From: Candidatus Daviesbacteria bacterium RIFCSPHIGHO2_02_FULL_43_12
GTDB taxonomy: Bacteria; Patescibacteriota; Microgenomatia; Daviesbacterales; UBA10151
DNA length: 64,000 nt
Direction of reading: 5' to 3'
Assembly (NCBI GenBank): GCA_001776775.1
Contig: MFDD01000014.1
Location: 3,684 to 67,683, forward strand
Position 1 is the stretch's first letter. The number at the start of each line of letters is the position of its first letter. The notes under the pieces are model-generated. The model made no database searches, was not told where the DNA came from, and saw only the letters and a program-made list of their open reading frames with translations. Shown here piece by piece: positions 45,823 through 55,270 of the stretch. Position numbers and translations under genes: made by a program.

Positions 45823-47277
45823 ATGAACAAAGAGACAAATATATTTTTGTTTGGGTTTTCTATCAGACAGGCGCTTATTATATTATTGATAGTTACATTC
45901 TTTCTGAGATTTTTCCGAATCTCTTATCCGACAACCTTTGTTTTTGACGAAGTCTATCACGGGTTCACTGCGGTGCAATATTCTCTGGGATCTAAAGAAG
46001 CTTGGGAATGGTGGACTACCCCACCCAAAGGAGTGGCCTTTGAATGGACCCATCCTCCTCTGGCCAAAGAGATCATGGCCTCTTCCTTAGTTTTATTCCG
46101 GACGGAGGAGCCGTGGGGATGGCGAATCCCAGGGGCTTTACTTGGCACAATTTGTGTTTACCTAGTTTTTCTTCTTGGGAAAATGATCTTTAAAAACGAG
46201 TCAGTTGGACTGTTCTCTAGCTTTGCGTTTGCCTTTGACGGTTTAAATTTTGTACAGTCCAGGACAGGGATGAATGACATCTATCTCGTAACCTTTATAC
46301 TGGCTAGTCTAGTACTCTTTTTGAGAAAAAAGTTTGTATTATCGGCGATCCTGTTTGGATTTGCCCTAGCATCCAAGTGGGCAGCAATTTATCTTCTCGG
46401 AGTATATGGCGTATTACTGATACTAGATTTAAAAAACTTCTGGAAGATTATATATTTTCTTATCTTTCCCATAAGTGTCTATCTTTTTTCCTATTTACCC
46501 TTCTTTTGGCTGGGACATACCTTTGATCAATTTTTAGAATTACAAAGACAGATGTGGTATTACCATACCCATCTTAAGGCTAGTCACGATTACGCCTCTC
46601 CCTGGTGGTCTTGGCCCTTTAACCTTGCTCCAGTTTGGTTTCATGTTGACTATTATAAAGATGCGATGGCCAATATCTTTACCTCGGGAAACCCGCTGCT
46701 TTTCTGGTCGGGATTTGTAAGCATGATTTTTTTGATTAAAGGTTTTATACTTTCAAAAAAAGGACAGATTATATATCTAGTCTTAACCGCCTTAACTTTT
46801 ACAATTTTTGCCGGTATTCTAGTAACCCATCCCCAGATAATATATTATCTAAATTTAAATGACCCAAAAGAATCGGTGCAGGTAGTATCCAGTAAAAAAC
46901 TCTCATCTTTACTCACTTACTTACTTCTAGCTTGGGGGGTGATTAGCGGCCTGTTAGCTCTTTTTTTTACTTTAAAACAAGGTGCTCATCATCAATTTTT
47001 AATTATTGCCGGGTACTTTGCTTTTTTACTTCCCTGGTCTGTATCTCCCCGGATTATGTTTCTTTATCATTATAGCGCCTGCGTACCATTTATGGCGATT
47101 GCCCTAGGCTATTTTCTTGCTCATTGGTATAAAAAGCAAAAGGATATGGTGATAGTTTTTTGTTTGATGATCTTGGTCAGTTTTTTCTGGGTCTATCCGT
47201 TCCTAACAGGTCTTCCTTTACCCAAAAACTTAATTTCGCTCTTCTTTGGAACCAATCTCACCAAAAACCCATTTTAG
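45823..47277 (+). CDS. GT39/PMT-like (ArnT-like) dolichyl/undecaprenyl-phosphate-sugar dependent glycosyltransferase
   Basis: FVFDEVYHGFTA...WTHPPLAKEIMA matches the N-terminal DE-loop of the PMT/GT39 family. Start moved to Met 45823 because the ORF-track start overlaps the divergent gene by 206 nt. Confidence 0.6.
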   Translation: MNKETNIFLFGFSIRQALIILLIVTFFLRFFRISYPTTFVFDEVYHGFTAVQYSLGSKEAWEWWTTPPKGVAFEWTHPPLAKEIMASSLVLFRTEEPWGWRIPGALLGTICVYLVFLLGKMIFKNESVGLFSSFAFAFDGLNFVQSRTGMNDIYLVTFILASLVLFLRKKFVLSAILFGFALASKWAAIYLLGVYGVLLILDLKNFWKIIYFLIFPISVYLFSYLPFFWLGHTFDQFLELQRQMWYYHTHLKASHDYASPWWSWPFNLAPVWFHVDYYKDAMANIFTSGNPLLFWSGFVSMIFLIKGFILSKKGQIIYLVLTALTFTIFAGILVTHPQIIYYLNLNDPKESVQVVSSKKLSSLLTYLLLAWGVISGLLALFFTLKQGAHHQFLIIAGYFAFLLPWSVSPRIMFLYHYSACVPFMAIALGYFLAHWYKKQKDMVIVFCLMILVSFFWVYPFLTGLPLPKNLISLFFGTNLTKNPF

Positions 47278-47529
47278 AGATGTCTTCTGGATAGGCTCGG
47301 TAAAAAACTTTTTTAAGGCTGAATTTTTAGCGATCTGTTTGATAGTTCTCATTACTGTATCTGTACCTACTCCAAGCTCCAAAGCGATTGATCGGACAGA
47401 CATTCCATGCTGTCGTAATTTACCGATCATCACCCGACGTTGCATCATCTTAATTTCAGACTCAGAAAGTAGTTCTTTAATCAGCGAAAGAGGGATATCC
47501 ACAGAAAGCTTCTGTCGGGGTTTGGACAT
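47230..47529 (-). CDS. small HTH DNA-binding protein (TrpR/YerC-like)
   Basis: HTH segment MSVRSIALELGVGTDTVMRT. 99 aa. Confidence 0.4.
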   Translation of the reverse strand: MSKPRQKLSVDIPLSLIKELLSESEIKMMQRRVMIGKLRQHGMSVRSIALELGVGTDTVMRTIKQIAKNSALKKFFTEPIQKTSLKWVFGEIGSKEERN

Positions 47530-47532
47530 AAC

Positions 47533-47805
47533 CTATCTAACCAAACGTTTAATGGTCTTGCCTGCTGCAAAACTGGGTAGTTTTTTACCAGGAATCTGAA
47601 TAGTTGCTCCGGTTTGGGGATTCCGTCCTCTCCGGGCTGCTCGGGAACGCACTAAAAAAGTGCCAAATCCGGTGATGATAGTTTTTTCTCCACGAGTTAA
47701 GTTGTCTCTGATAGTATCAAAAACTGCATTGACAGCATCAGCAGAGGCTCTTTTGGTCAGATTAGATTTTTTGGCAACCTTTTCGATTAATTGATTCTTT
47801 GTCAT
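47533..47805 (-). CDS. hup: DNA-binding protein HU
   Basis: FGTFLVRSRAARRGRNPQTGATIQIPGKKLPSFAAGK is the HU arm signature. Confidence 0.85.
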   Translation of the reverse strand: MTKNQLIEKVAKKSNLTKRASADAVNAVFDTIRDNLTRGEKTIITGFGTFLVRSRAARRGRNPQTGATIQIPGKKLPSFAAGKTIKRLVR

Positions 47806-47848
47806 ACGTCTTGTTATAGCAGACCCAATCGAGCTTGTAAAGAGACCT

Positions 47849-49204
47849 TTAAGATCCCGAGGTGAGAAACGAATCCGAATACCGACTTTCGCGGATGGCG
47901 GTAATTTTGACTGCTCCAGGAACCATCACTTCCCGCTGGATCTGTTCACCTATATCGTGAACTAATTTTGGTAGATCATCATCGGAGATTTTATCGGGGG
48001 TAACGATTACGCGTACCTCTCGACCAGCTTGGACGGCAAAAGCTTTTTCGACGGCATCAAAGGAAGTCGCGATTCGCTCGATGTCTTTGAGTCTTTTGAT
48101 ATAATCCTGGACGTTTTCGTGGCGGGCTCCGGGCCTAGCCCCAGAGATACCGTCAGCGATATAACAGATGATCGACTCCACACAAGAAAATGGCTCATCT
48201 TCATGGTGTTGGGCGATACAATCCACAACTTTTTGAGGAAAACCAAACTTTTTGGCAAATTGTACACCTCTCTCGACATGGGTACCTTCATCCCAGTCGG
48301 TTAATATTTTGCCGATATCATGCAGTAAGCAACCTAGACGAACAATATTGACATCAGCCCCCAGCTCTCTAGCTAACTCAACTCCAATTCTGGTTTCTTC
48401 CAAGGTATGTTGAATCATATTTTGCCCATAGGAATAGCGGTACTTAAACCGACCCAGCGTACACATTGCTTCTCGAGGCATATTAAAAACTTCGACATCA
48501 TGACAGAGCTTTTCTCCAGCCTGACACATCAGTTTTTCAACATCTTCCTGGGATTTTTGGACGATCTCTTCAATTCTTTGGGGCTGAATACGACCATCAG
48601 CAATTAGTCTTTCCAAAGAGATCTTGGCAATCTCGCGGCGGACAGGATCGAAAGAAGAAAGAGTCAGGGTATTTGGACTTTCTTCGTCCATGACTACATC
48701 TACTCCTGTTGCTTGCTCGAATGATTTAACATTGCGGCCTTCTCTCCCGATAATGCGGCCCTTCATCTCTTCATCGGGAAGTTGAATCCGAGAGGTAGTG
48801 AATTCACTAATATAATCGGTAACTCCATGAAGCATGGCATCGGCTAGTATCTCTTTTGCTTTTTCGTCAGCGATTAACTTTATTTCGTCTTCAGATTCCC
48901 GAATTTTTTTAGAGATTTCACTGGCTAACTCATGTTCCAGATTTTCTAACAAGACTTTTTTCGCTTCTTCCCTAGACATTTCAGCAGAATTTTCTAGTTT
49001 ACTGACTAAATCCTTACGCAATTTTTCTAACTGGTCAATTTTTTCGCTAGACAACTGCAGCTTTTCGGCGAGTAAACGTTCCCGTTCTTCGAGAATACCT
49101 TCTCTTTTAGCCAGCTCTGATTCTTTAGACACCACATTAATTGTTGGCTCTGAGGCCACAGGAGCAGAGGCGTTTGAGTTTATGGATCCAAAACTTTTTT
49201 TCAT
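47849..49204 (-). CDS. rny: ribonuclease Y
   Basis: Coiled-coil N-terminus, KH domain GRIIGREGRNVKSFEQATGV and HD domain LLHDIGK. Confidence 0.8.
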   Translation of the reverse strand: MKKSFGSINSNASAPVASEPTINVVSKESELAKREGILEERERLLAEKLQLSSEKIDQLEKLRKDLVSKLENSAEMSREEAKKVLLENLEHELASEISKKIRESEDEIKLIADEKAKEILADAMLHGVTDYISEFTTSRIQLPDEEMKGRIIGREGRNVKSFEQATGVDVVMDEESPNTLTLSSFDPVRREIAKISLERLIADGRIQPQRIEEIVQKSQEDVEKLMCQAGEKLCHDVEVFNMPREAMCTLGRFKYRYSYGQNMIQHTLEETRIGVELARELGADVNIVRLGCLLHDIGKILTDWDEGTHVERGVQFAKKFGFPQKVVDCIAQHHEDEPFSCVESIICYIADGISGARPGARHENVQDYIKRLKDIERIATSFDAVEKAFAVQAGREVRVIVTPDKISDDDLPKLVHDIGEQIQREVMVPGAVKITAIRESRYSDSFLTSGS

Positions 49205-49307
49205 CTTAAGTTATAAAGGAATTAGGAATAGAACATTTTAGATGTTCTTGAAGAGGGGACGCGCTGATACAACTAATTTAATCCTCATTCTTATCCTTTG
49301 GCTTATC

Positions 49308-49961
49308 TTACTCTTTTTTTAGGAGATTTTCAATAACAGTCTTAGCAATATCATAACTAAAACCTCGACGCAGTAAAAACTCGATCGCCTTTTTCTTTCT
49401 TTCTATAGGAGGTAAATTATTAAACCTCGGCCATTTTTTTTCGAGTAAGGATTGGGCGATCTTGGTTTGGTCTGTCACGCCTTCTTCGCTTAAGACCTGT
49501 TCAATGATCTCTCTGCTGACGCCCTTTTTAATCAGCTCTCCTCTGACGACCATTAAACTTTTTTTACTCCCTCGAGAGAGAACCCAAGCCTTAGTAAACT
49601 CCAGGTCGTTTAAGAGTCCCTTGGTTTTCAGCCTAGCGATTAAAGCATCCTGGACTATCTCACTTAGCTGCTCCTGATCTTTAATCTTCTTTTTGAAATT
49701 AAGTCTTTTTAAATAGCCCCTGATCTCTTTTTCCGTCCTAGCCCGAAACGAGAGGAGGTTATACATCCGATCCATTAGTTTGCCAACAGCGGTTTCAAAA
49801 ATGACTTTTTCTAAATCCTCTGCCGGAATCTCTTTTCCGGAAATTAATCGGAAACGGACGACGGTGTCTTCGTCCGCTCCAAAGCCAAACTGACCATCGA
49901 GAAAAACATTGAATCGCCTTTTGGACGACTTCTGGGGCTCAACCGAAGTTATTTTGGGCAT
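49308..49961 (-). CDS. recX: regulatory protein RecX
   Basis: Gene sits immediately downstream of recA. RecX-like repeated helical modules (ARTEKEIRGYLKR...). Confidence 0.65.
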   Translation of the reverse strand: MPKITSVEPQKSSKRRFNVFLDGQFGFGADEDTVVRFRLISGKEIPAEDLEKVIFETAVGKLMDRMYNLLSFRARTEKEIRGYLKRLNFKKKIKDQEQLSEIVQDALIARLKTKGLLNDLEFTKAWVLSRGSKKSLMVVRGELIKKGVSREIIEQVLSEEGVTDQTKIAQSLLEKKWPRFNNLPPIERKKKAIEFLLRRGFSYDIAKTVIENLLKKE

Positions 49962-51058
49962 CAGCTTAGCTGCTCTTCTATCACCGCAATGTCACCGTCT
50001 GGTTCCTCTTCTTTACCAATCTCCAAATCTTTTCCGGACTTACGTTTTTCCCATAGATCCCGAATCTCTTTTTCTAAACTGGCTGCTTCTTTTTTATTTT
50101 CTTTTAAGTAAATTATTGCCGCTTGTCTACCCTGACCAAGCATTTTTTCTCCCCAGCGCAGGAAAGCTCCCGCTTTATTAATAACTTCCAACTCTATTCC
50201 TACATCAAGCAACTCACCTTCGTGAACAATCCCATCCGAATTCATATCAAATTCTGCTGTTCTAAAAGGTGGTGCTACTTTGTTTTTGACTACCTTGACC
50301 CGATGTCTTGAACCAATCACCACATCCCCTTGTTTAATGTTTTCTATTTTACGAACATCCAAACGGACAGAGGCATAGAATTTTAGGGCTAAGCCTCCGG
50401 TAGTGGTTTCAGGATTTCCAAACATGACCCCAATTTTTTGGCGGAGTTGGTTGGTAAAGATAACAATGGTGTTGGTGCTGGAAATCGCCCCGGTCAGTTT
50501 ACGCAAGGCCTGTGACATTAAACGAGCCTGTACTCCTATCGAAGACTCCCCCATTTCTCCCTCTAGCTCCGACTTGGGGACGAGGGCAGCCACGGAGTCT
50601 ATCACAATAACATCAATACCCCCTGAACGGATTAAGGCATCGGCAATCTCCAGAGCCTGCTCGCCAGTATCCGGCTGAGAGATAAGTAGTTCATCAAGAT
50701 TGACTCCAATATTTTGCGCTCTTTGGGGGTCCAGCGCATGCTCGGCATCGATAAAAGCTGCTACTCCTCCCAATTTTTGAGCTTCGGCAATAACATGCAG
50801 ACAAACTGTGGTTTTACCGGACGCTTCCGGACCATAGATTTCGATAATTCGACCCTTGGGTAAACCCCCTACGCCAAGTGCTAAGTCAGTAGCCAAAGAA
50901 CCTGTCGAGACTATTTCTATGGCATATTTCTCTGTTCTTTCACCGAGTTTCATAATCGAACCAGTCCCGTATTGTTTTTGAATCTGGGCCATGGCCATGG
51001 CGACTGCGGCTTTTTTAGCGTCAGTTGCATTATTTGAAGAGTCTGAGGGTTTTGCCAT
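49961..51058 (-). CDS. recA: recombinase RecA
   Basis: [10 protein letters not shown]-loop and the canonical RecA core throughout. Confidence 0.95.
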   Translation of the reverse strand: MAKPSDSSNNATDAKKAAVAMAMAQIQKQYGTGSIMKLGERTEKYAIEIVSTGSLATDLALGVGGLPKGRIIEIYGPEASGKTTVCLHVIAEAQKLGGVAAFIDAEHALDPQRAQNIGVNLDELLISQPDTGEQALEIADALIRSGGIDVIVIDSVAALVPKSELEGEMGESSIGVQARLMSQALRKLTGAISSTNTIVIFTNQLRQKIGVMFGNPETTTGGLALKFYASVRLDVRKIENIKQGDVVIGSRHRVKVVKNKVAPPFRTAEFDMNSDGIVHEGELLDVGIELEVINKAGAFLRWGEKMLGQGRQAAIIYLKENKKEAASLEKEIRDLWEKRKSGKDLEIGKEEEPDGDIAVIEEQLS

Positions 51059-51154
51059 TATATAGATTTATTATACAGTTCCCCTTCACTTTTGCAAGTC
51101 AGAAAAATATGTATTTACGTATGGATACATGACTACAGATAATCTTTTTTACAT

Positions 51155-51406
51155 TCATATCTGATTCGTCCTAGCTGCCTTCTTGGGGTGGGTTAAAGTA
51201 GGTTTCACGAAGTCTTCGATCATTACTTGATAGTGACTATCCTTATATAGATCTTTGGGATAAATTTCAAGCAGAGGCAGCTTATACTTCTTGACTAGAT
51301 TGAGCTTAATTTCTCGCAGTTCGTCATATCGAGTGTGCTCGCCTGCTAGCCCGAAGAATTCAATTAGTTTATCACCTATTCTAAAATCAGCAGAATATTG
51401 TTTCAT
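51155..51406 (-). CDS. hypothetical protein (83 aa)
   Basis: ORF only. Confidence 0.3.
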   Translation of the reverse strand: MKQYSADFRIGDKLIEFFGLAGEHTRYDELREIKLNLVKKYKLPLLEIYPKDLYKDSHYQVMIEDFVKPTLTHPKKAARTNQI

Positions 51407-51500
51407 TGGATATTGGATAAGGAACGTTTCTTAGATGCTCAATCCCTCTTTCGCTGAGGAAGTCATCGATTACTTTTTCTGCCATTGAATCACAAATATG

Positions 51501-52112
51501 TCAGTCTTTAGCTATTTGATGATTCGAGAACAAAACTGGATTAGGTATAAAACCTGCTTCCTGAATGGCACTATTCCACGTACCATAAAACTTTCTCGCT
51601 GGTTTATAATATCTATTCAATTCCTTTTTTACAGGCACTCGTTGATTGTTTTTAACAAAAAGTTTAATAGCAGATATAACTCCCTCTGCTGTATGAATCG
51701 TTTGGTGCTTTTCTAAATAATCTTTACGTGAATCTTCACGGCAGTGCATCGAACAAAACTTACTTTTTCTATTGAGTATCGCCTTACTACACCAAGCACA
51801 TAGTTTCGATTCTTTTCTGTTAATCCTACCTCGATTAGTTATGCTGGCTGCACAATGATGAGAGCAGAAGTTACGAGAGGACAAGTGTGAAAGTATTCTA
51901 TTAAATCCTTTACCGCAATTTTCGCATTTGGTTTGAATCTGCTTACTTTTAGCTATTCTTTGACAGCTTAATGAACAATAGAATTTGTGTCCAAGTTTTA
52001 TATTCTCATTAATATGGCGACTATCCTTACAGAATTTTTCTGAACAGATAAAGCAAGCAACAAAGGAGGAGGGCATTGCCAAGATAATACCCGAATAAAA
52101 CCCTAATGTCAA
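51501..52112 (-). CDS. zinc-ribbon repeat protein with C-terminal homing-endonuclease-associated-repeat-like motif
   Basis: At least four CxxC...C(S)xxC units. C-terminal YKPARKFYGTWNSAIQEAGF resembles the FGSWnnAlreAGL motif recalled from HNH/GIY-YIG homing-endonuclease accessory repeats. Confidence 0.4.
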   Translation of the reverse strand: MTLGFYSGIILAMPSSFVACFICSEKFCKDSRHINENIKLGHKFYCSLSCQRIAKSKQIQTKCENCGKGFNRILSHLSSRNFCSHHCAASITNRGRINRKESKLCAWCSKAILNRKSKFCSMHCREDSRKDYLEKHQTIHTAEGVISAIKLFVKNNQRVPVKKELNRYYKPARKFYGTWNSAIQEAGFIPNPVLFSNHQIAKD

Positions 52113-52134
52113 GAAATTTAGATATATCCTATAG

Positions 52135-52208
52135 TCGGGGTGACTGGGCTTGAACCAGCGAAACCTCTCGACCCCCAGCCGAGCGCTCTACCACTGAGCT
52201 ACACCCCG
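52135..52208 (-). tRNA. tRNA-Pro (anticodon GGG)
   Basis: Hand-folded with acceptor stem CGGGGTG/CACCCCG and D-arm GCTC-AGTGGTA-GAGC. Anticodon stem CTCGG/TCGAG with loop CTGGGGG; G37 fits Pro. T-arm GCTGG-TTCAAGC-CCAGT. Variable region appears to be 7 nt. Confidence 0.7.
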
Positions 52209-52263
52209 AGAACTGTTGTATTTTATCATGGTAGAATAGGTATTACCAACTAAAAAGTTGAGT

Positions 52264-52869
52264 TTACTTAATCTCTAAACTTTTCCAGAGAATTCGGCAG
52301 GCGTAGGTTTTAAAAGGACTCCATTTCGAAACAATCTTTTCAATCTCTTCTTTGGTTGGACTGTCTAGTTGGTATATCTTTTTAATCGCATTTTTAAGCC
52401 CTAAATCTCCATGGGAAAAAATATCTTCTCTGCCCAGAGTAAACATCAGAAACATTTCAGCAGTCCAAGGTCCAATTCCTTTGACTTTAGTTAGTTGTTC
52501 TACTACCTGGGAATTTTCCAAAGCGATGATATTCACTAAATCTAATTCCCCACTTAATACCTTCTCACTTAAATCTTTGATAAATCTGGCCTTGGCATTG
52601 GACATGCCGGTCGATCTCAGTTGTTCATGAGATAGTTTCAAGACCAGGTATGGGGTAATGACTTCCCCTTTAAACAGATTTTTAAAACGTTCGAAAATTA
52701 CTGTTGCAACTTTTCCAGAAAGCTGTTGAGAAATTATTTCATCACATAAAGAAACAAAAAATTGGCTGGATTCTCGACTAAGTAAGTCTTCTATTTCACT
52801 AACTTGATCAATCAGCTTACTCAAGACTGGGTCAGCCTGAGAAAAATGCTCGCGTATTTGTTGCCGCAT
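52264..52869 (-). CDS. HhH-GPD family DNA glycosylase (AlkA / 3-methyladenine glycosylase II-like)
   Basis: HhH motif LTKVKGIGPWTAEMF plus a downstream Asp. Confidence 0.65.
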   Translation of the reverse strand: MRQQIREHFSQADPVLSKLIDQVSEIEDLLSRESSQFFVSLCDEIISQQLSGKVATVIFERFKNLFKGEVITPYLVLKLSHEQLRSTGMSNAKARFIKDLSEKVLSGELDLVNIIALENSQVVEQLTKVKGIGPWTAEMFLMFTLGREDIFSHGDLGLKNAIKKIYQLDSPTKEEIEKIVSKWSPFKTYACRILWKSLEIK

Positions 52870-52878
52870 TCAAACAAA

Positions 52879-53373
52879 CTAGAATGATAGCTCGCCGCAA
52901 GAAACATAGGTTGCCGGCTCTGAGGTGGACTTATGAATATTAATAGCCAAAGGAAGGGCAGCTTTTAGGGAAGCTAATGTGGTCTCGATCGTAGTCTCTG
53001 ACTTTCCAGCGGAAACACTTGTTAAAGGATACTTAACCTCACCAACTCCGGGACATATACCGACATGAATATGGGCCGGCTGAGTCACTGCCGCCGGAGC
53101 ACCTGTCAACATGACAGATACTTGGACCTTACCATTTACTTCTGTCAAAGTTGCAATGCCAGATTCTGACGACTCGTTTTCAGCCTGTAAGGCTACCGTC
53201 ACTGGCTTTGTCATCGCAGCACCAGTGGTACTTTCCTCCGTAGCAGATACGGCAGGTGACTGTGTTGGATAACTAGTGGGTGAGGGGGTATTGGCACTCT
53301 TACCCGCCAACATAAAGTAAGCCAGAAGAGCTATAACCACTACTGCACCAATAACTAACCATTGTTTTGACAC
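52879..53373 (-). CDS. membrane-anchored CHRD-domain protein
   Basis: PAHIHVGICPGVGEV resembles the CHRD motif aHIHxGxxGxxGpv. N-terminal TM helix. Confidence 0.4.
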   Translation of the reverse strand: MSKQWLVIGAVVVIALLAYFMLAGKSANTPSPTSYPTQSPAVSATEESTTGAAMTKPVTVALQAENESSESGIATLTEVNGKVQVSVMLTGAPAAVTQPAHIHVGICPGVGEVKYPLTSVSAGKSETTIETTLASLKAALPLAINIHKSTSEPATYVSCGELSF

Positions 53374-53441
53374 TGTATAATTATTTTCTGCTGGGGCTAG
53401 CTGTTTGTCAAGATTCCAATATTTTTCTGTTAAAATAAGGT

Positions 53442-53930
53442 GTGAGAAAGGCTACTCTAGTTTTTTTAATACGAGGCAAAGAGCTACTTTTAGCGATGAA
53501 AAAGACAGGCTTTGGTAAGGGTAAATGGAATGGTGTCGGAGGTAAAGTAGAACCGGGTGAATCCGTTGAGCAAGCAGCCAAGAGAGAAGCCCTCGAGGAG
53601 ATTGGGGTTACGATTACAATCTCCGATCTTCTAAAAGTTGCCGATATTCAGTTTTTGTTTCCTCAAGGTTTAGATAAAAACAACAATCAACAGGTCAGTG
53701 TCTTTTTGGTTAATAATTGGCAGGGAGAACCAACAGAGTCTAGCGAAATGAAACCCAAATGGTTTAAGACCAGTGAGATCCCTTACCAACAAATGTGGTC
53801 CGATGATAAGTTATGGTTACCTGAAGTGTTAAGAGGTCGTAAGATCTCTGCGGAGTTTACTTTTGATAAAAAAGAAGAGATAAGTAAATTTCTAATTACA
53901 GATTTAGCGCTGAAGCCAGTTACTGCTTAA
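53442..53930 (+). CDS. NUDIX hydrolase (MutT-like)
   Basis: Nudix box GGKVEPGESVEQAAKREALEEIGV. Confidence 0.75.
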   Translation: MRKATLVFLIRGKELLLAMKKTGFGKGKWNGVGGKVEPGESVEQAAKREALEEIGVTITISDLLKVADIQFLFPQGLDKNNNQQVSVFLVNNWQGEPTESSEMKPKWFKTSEIPYQQMWSDDKLWLPEVLRGRKISAEFTFDKKEEISKFLITDLALKPVTA

Positions 53931-55038
53931 CCACTTTTTCCCAGGAGAATTCATCGCGACCGAAATGTCCGTAAGAAGAGGTTGCAAGATAGACCGGTTT
54001 ACGCAAATCTAGTCCACTTAAAATTCCTTCAACTGAAGTATCCAGAATTTTGGACATAAAGTCTTGAATCGCTTCCGACGAAACTTTGGCCGTTCCGAAG
54101 GTCTCAACCTCTTGCATTAAAGGTTTTTTAGCTCCGATAAAAAAAGCTAAGCGAACTTCGGCTTTGCTGGCTAAGCCATTGGCGACAATATTTTTAGCTA
54201 AAAACCTGGCCGCATATGCCCCGGACCGATCGACTTTGGTTGGGTCTTTACCGGAAAAACATCCACCACCAACCCGAGCATACCCGCCATACCCATCAAC
54301 GACAATCTTCCTACCAGTTAGTCCTGTATCGGCCGAGGGACCACCGTTATGCCAAACTCCGGTGCCATTAACGATCAAATCCTCCATCGACACCTCAAAG
54401 CCGTATTTTTTTAGAACCTCGGTCACGATCTTTTCATAAACGTCATTTTTGACTTGCTCAAGGGTAATTTCTTCTTTATGTGGAACAGCGATCACTACTT
54501 TGGAAACGCTGACTGGCTTACCATCTTGGTAGTCAACAGTTACCTGAGTTTTACCGTCCGGACGTAAATAATCTAGGATACTTTTTTCTCTAACCTCGTC
54601 AATTCGGCGGGCTAACTGGTGGGCGATCATAATTGGCATGGGCATAAGCTCGGGGGTCTCATTACAAGCAAAACCAAACATCATCCCCTGATCTCCTGCT
54701 CCCCGCTCTTCCATCACCCCAACGGCGATCTCCGGAGACTGAGCGTGGACATAGACATCGATGGGGGACTGGTCGGTAAATTCAAATTTAGGGTCGGTAT
54801 AGCCCAAGCGGACAACCTGCTCCTGGGCAGTTTTTAGAATATCTATTTTAGCAGTACTGGTAGTTTCCCCAGCAATCACCAAACGTCCATAAGTGGCAAG
54901 TGATTCGATAGCTACTCGACCCCGGGGATCTTGGGTTAAAATAGCGTCAACGACAGCGTCAGAGATGGCATCGCAGACTTTATCGGGATGACCGGCACAA
55001 ACTGATTCGGATGTAAAGGTAGTGTTATTATTTGGCAT
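53920..55038 (-). CDS. metK: S-adenosylmethionine synthetase
   Basis: FTSESV...GHPDKVCDAISDAVVDAIL and the rest of the MAT core. Start moved to Met 55038; the 14-aa ORF-track extension is the riboswitch terminator read in frame. Confidence 0.9.
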   Translation of the reverse strand: MPNNNTTFTSESVCAGHPDKVCDAISDAVVDAILTQDPRGRVAIESLATYGRLVIAGETTSTAKIDILKTAQEQVVRLGYTDPKFEFTDQSPIDVYVHAQSPEIAVGVMEERGAGDQGMMFGFACNETPELMPMPIMIAHQLARRIDEVREKSILDYLRPDGKTQVTVDYQDGKPVSVSKVVIAVPHKEEITLEQVKNDVYEKIVTEVLKKYGFEVSMEDLIVNGTGVWHNGGPSADTGLTGRKIVVDGYGGYARVGGGCFSGKDPTKVDRSGAYAARFLAKNIVANGLASKAEVRLAFFIGAKKPLMQEVETFGTAKVSSEAIQDFMSKILDTSVEGILSGLDLRKPVYLATSSYGHFGRDEFSWEKVVKQ

Positions 55039-55040
55039 TA

Positions 55041-55192
55041 AAAAACCTCTGATCAAGAGGCTAAAGATTTCCCGTACCATGCGATACAGGACACATCTTC
55101 CCCGCCTGGGCGAGGATCTGGCACCTTACTTAATATATTAAGAAGGTTGCCGCCATGTATCAATCAATACATGATCTCTTGATGACTTAGAT
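55041..55192 (-). promoter_or_regulatory. SAM-I-like riboswitch with terminator expression platform (metK leader)
   Basis: On the minus strand: P1 UCAUC...GAUG; J1/2 AAGAGA; a P2 hairpin; P3 GGCAACC...GGUGCC; AUCC; GAAGAUG closing. Then terminator CCUCUugaucAGAGG+U6 ending 2 nt before the metK ATG. The B. subtilis yitJ SAM-I riboswitch has P3 GGCAACCagaaauGGUGCC. Confidence 0.6.
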
Positions 55193-55270
55193 ATTCAAAC
55201 ACAATTTTACCCTGTTTGCAATAGCAAATCTCAGTTCAATTTTGATTGAAGCATTCTTTTTTGATACTAT

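Noticed and set aside
55039-55080. 14-aa N-terminal extension of metK in the ORF track (MVREIFSLLIRGFL)
   Set aside because: It is the in-frame reading of the riboswitch terminator hairpin. metK homologs start at MPNNNTTF.
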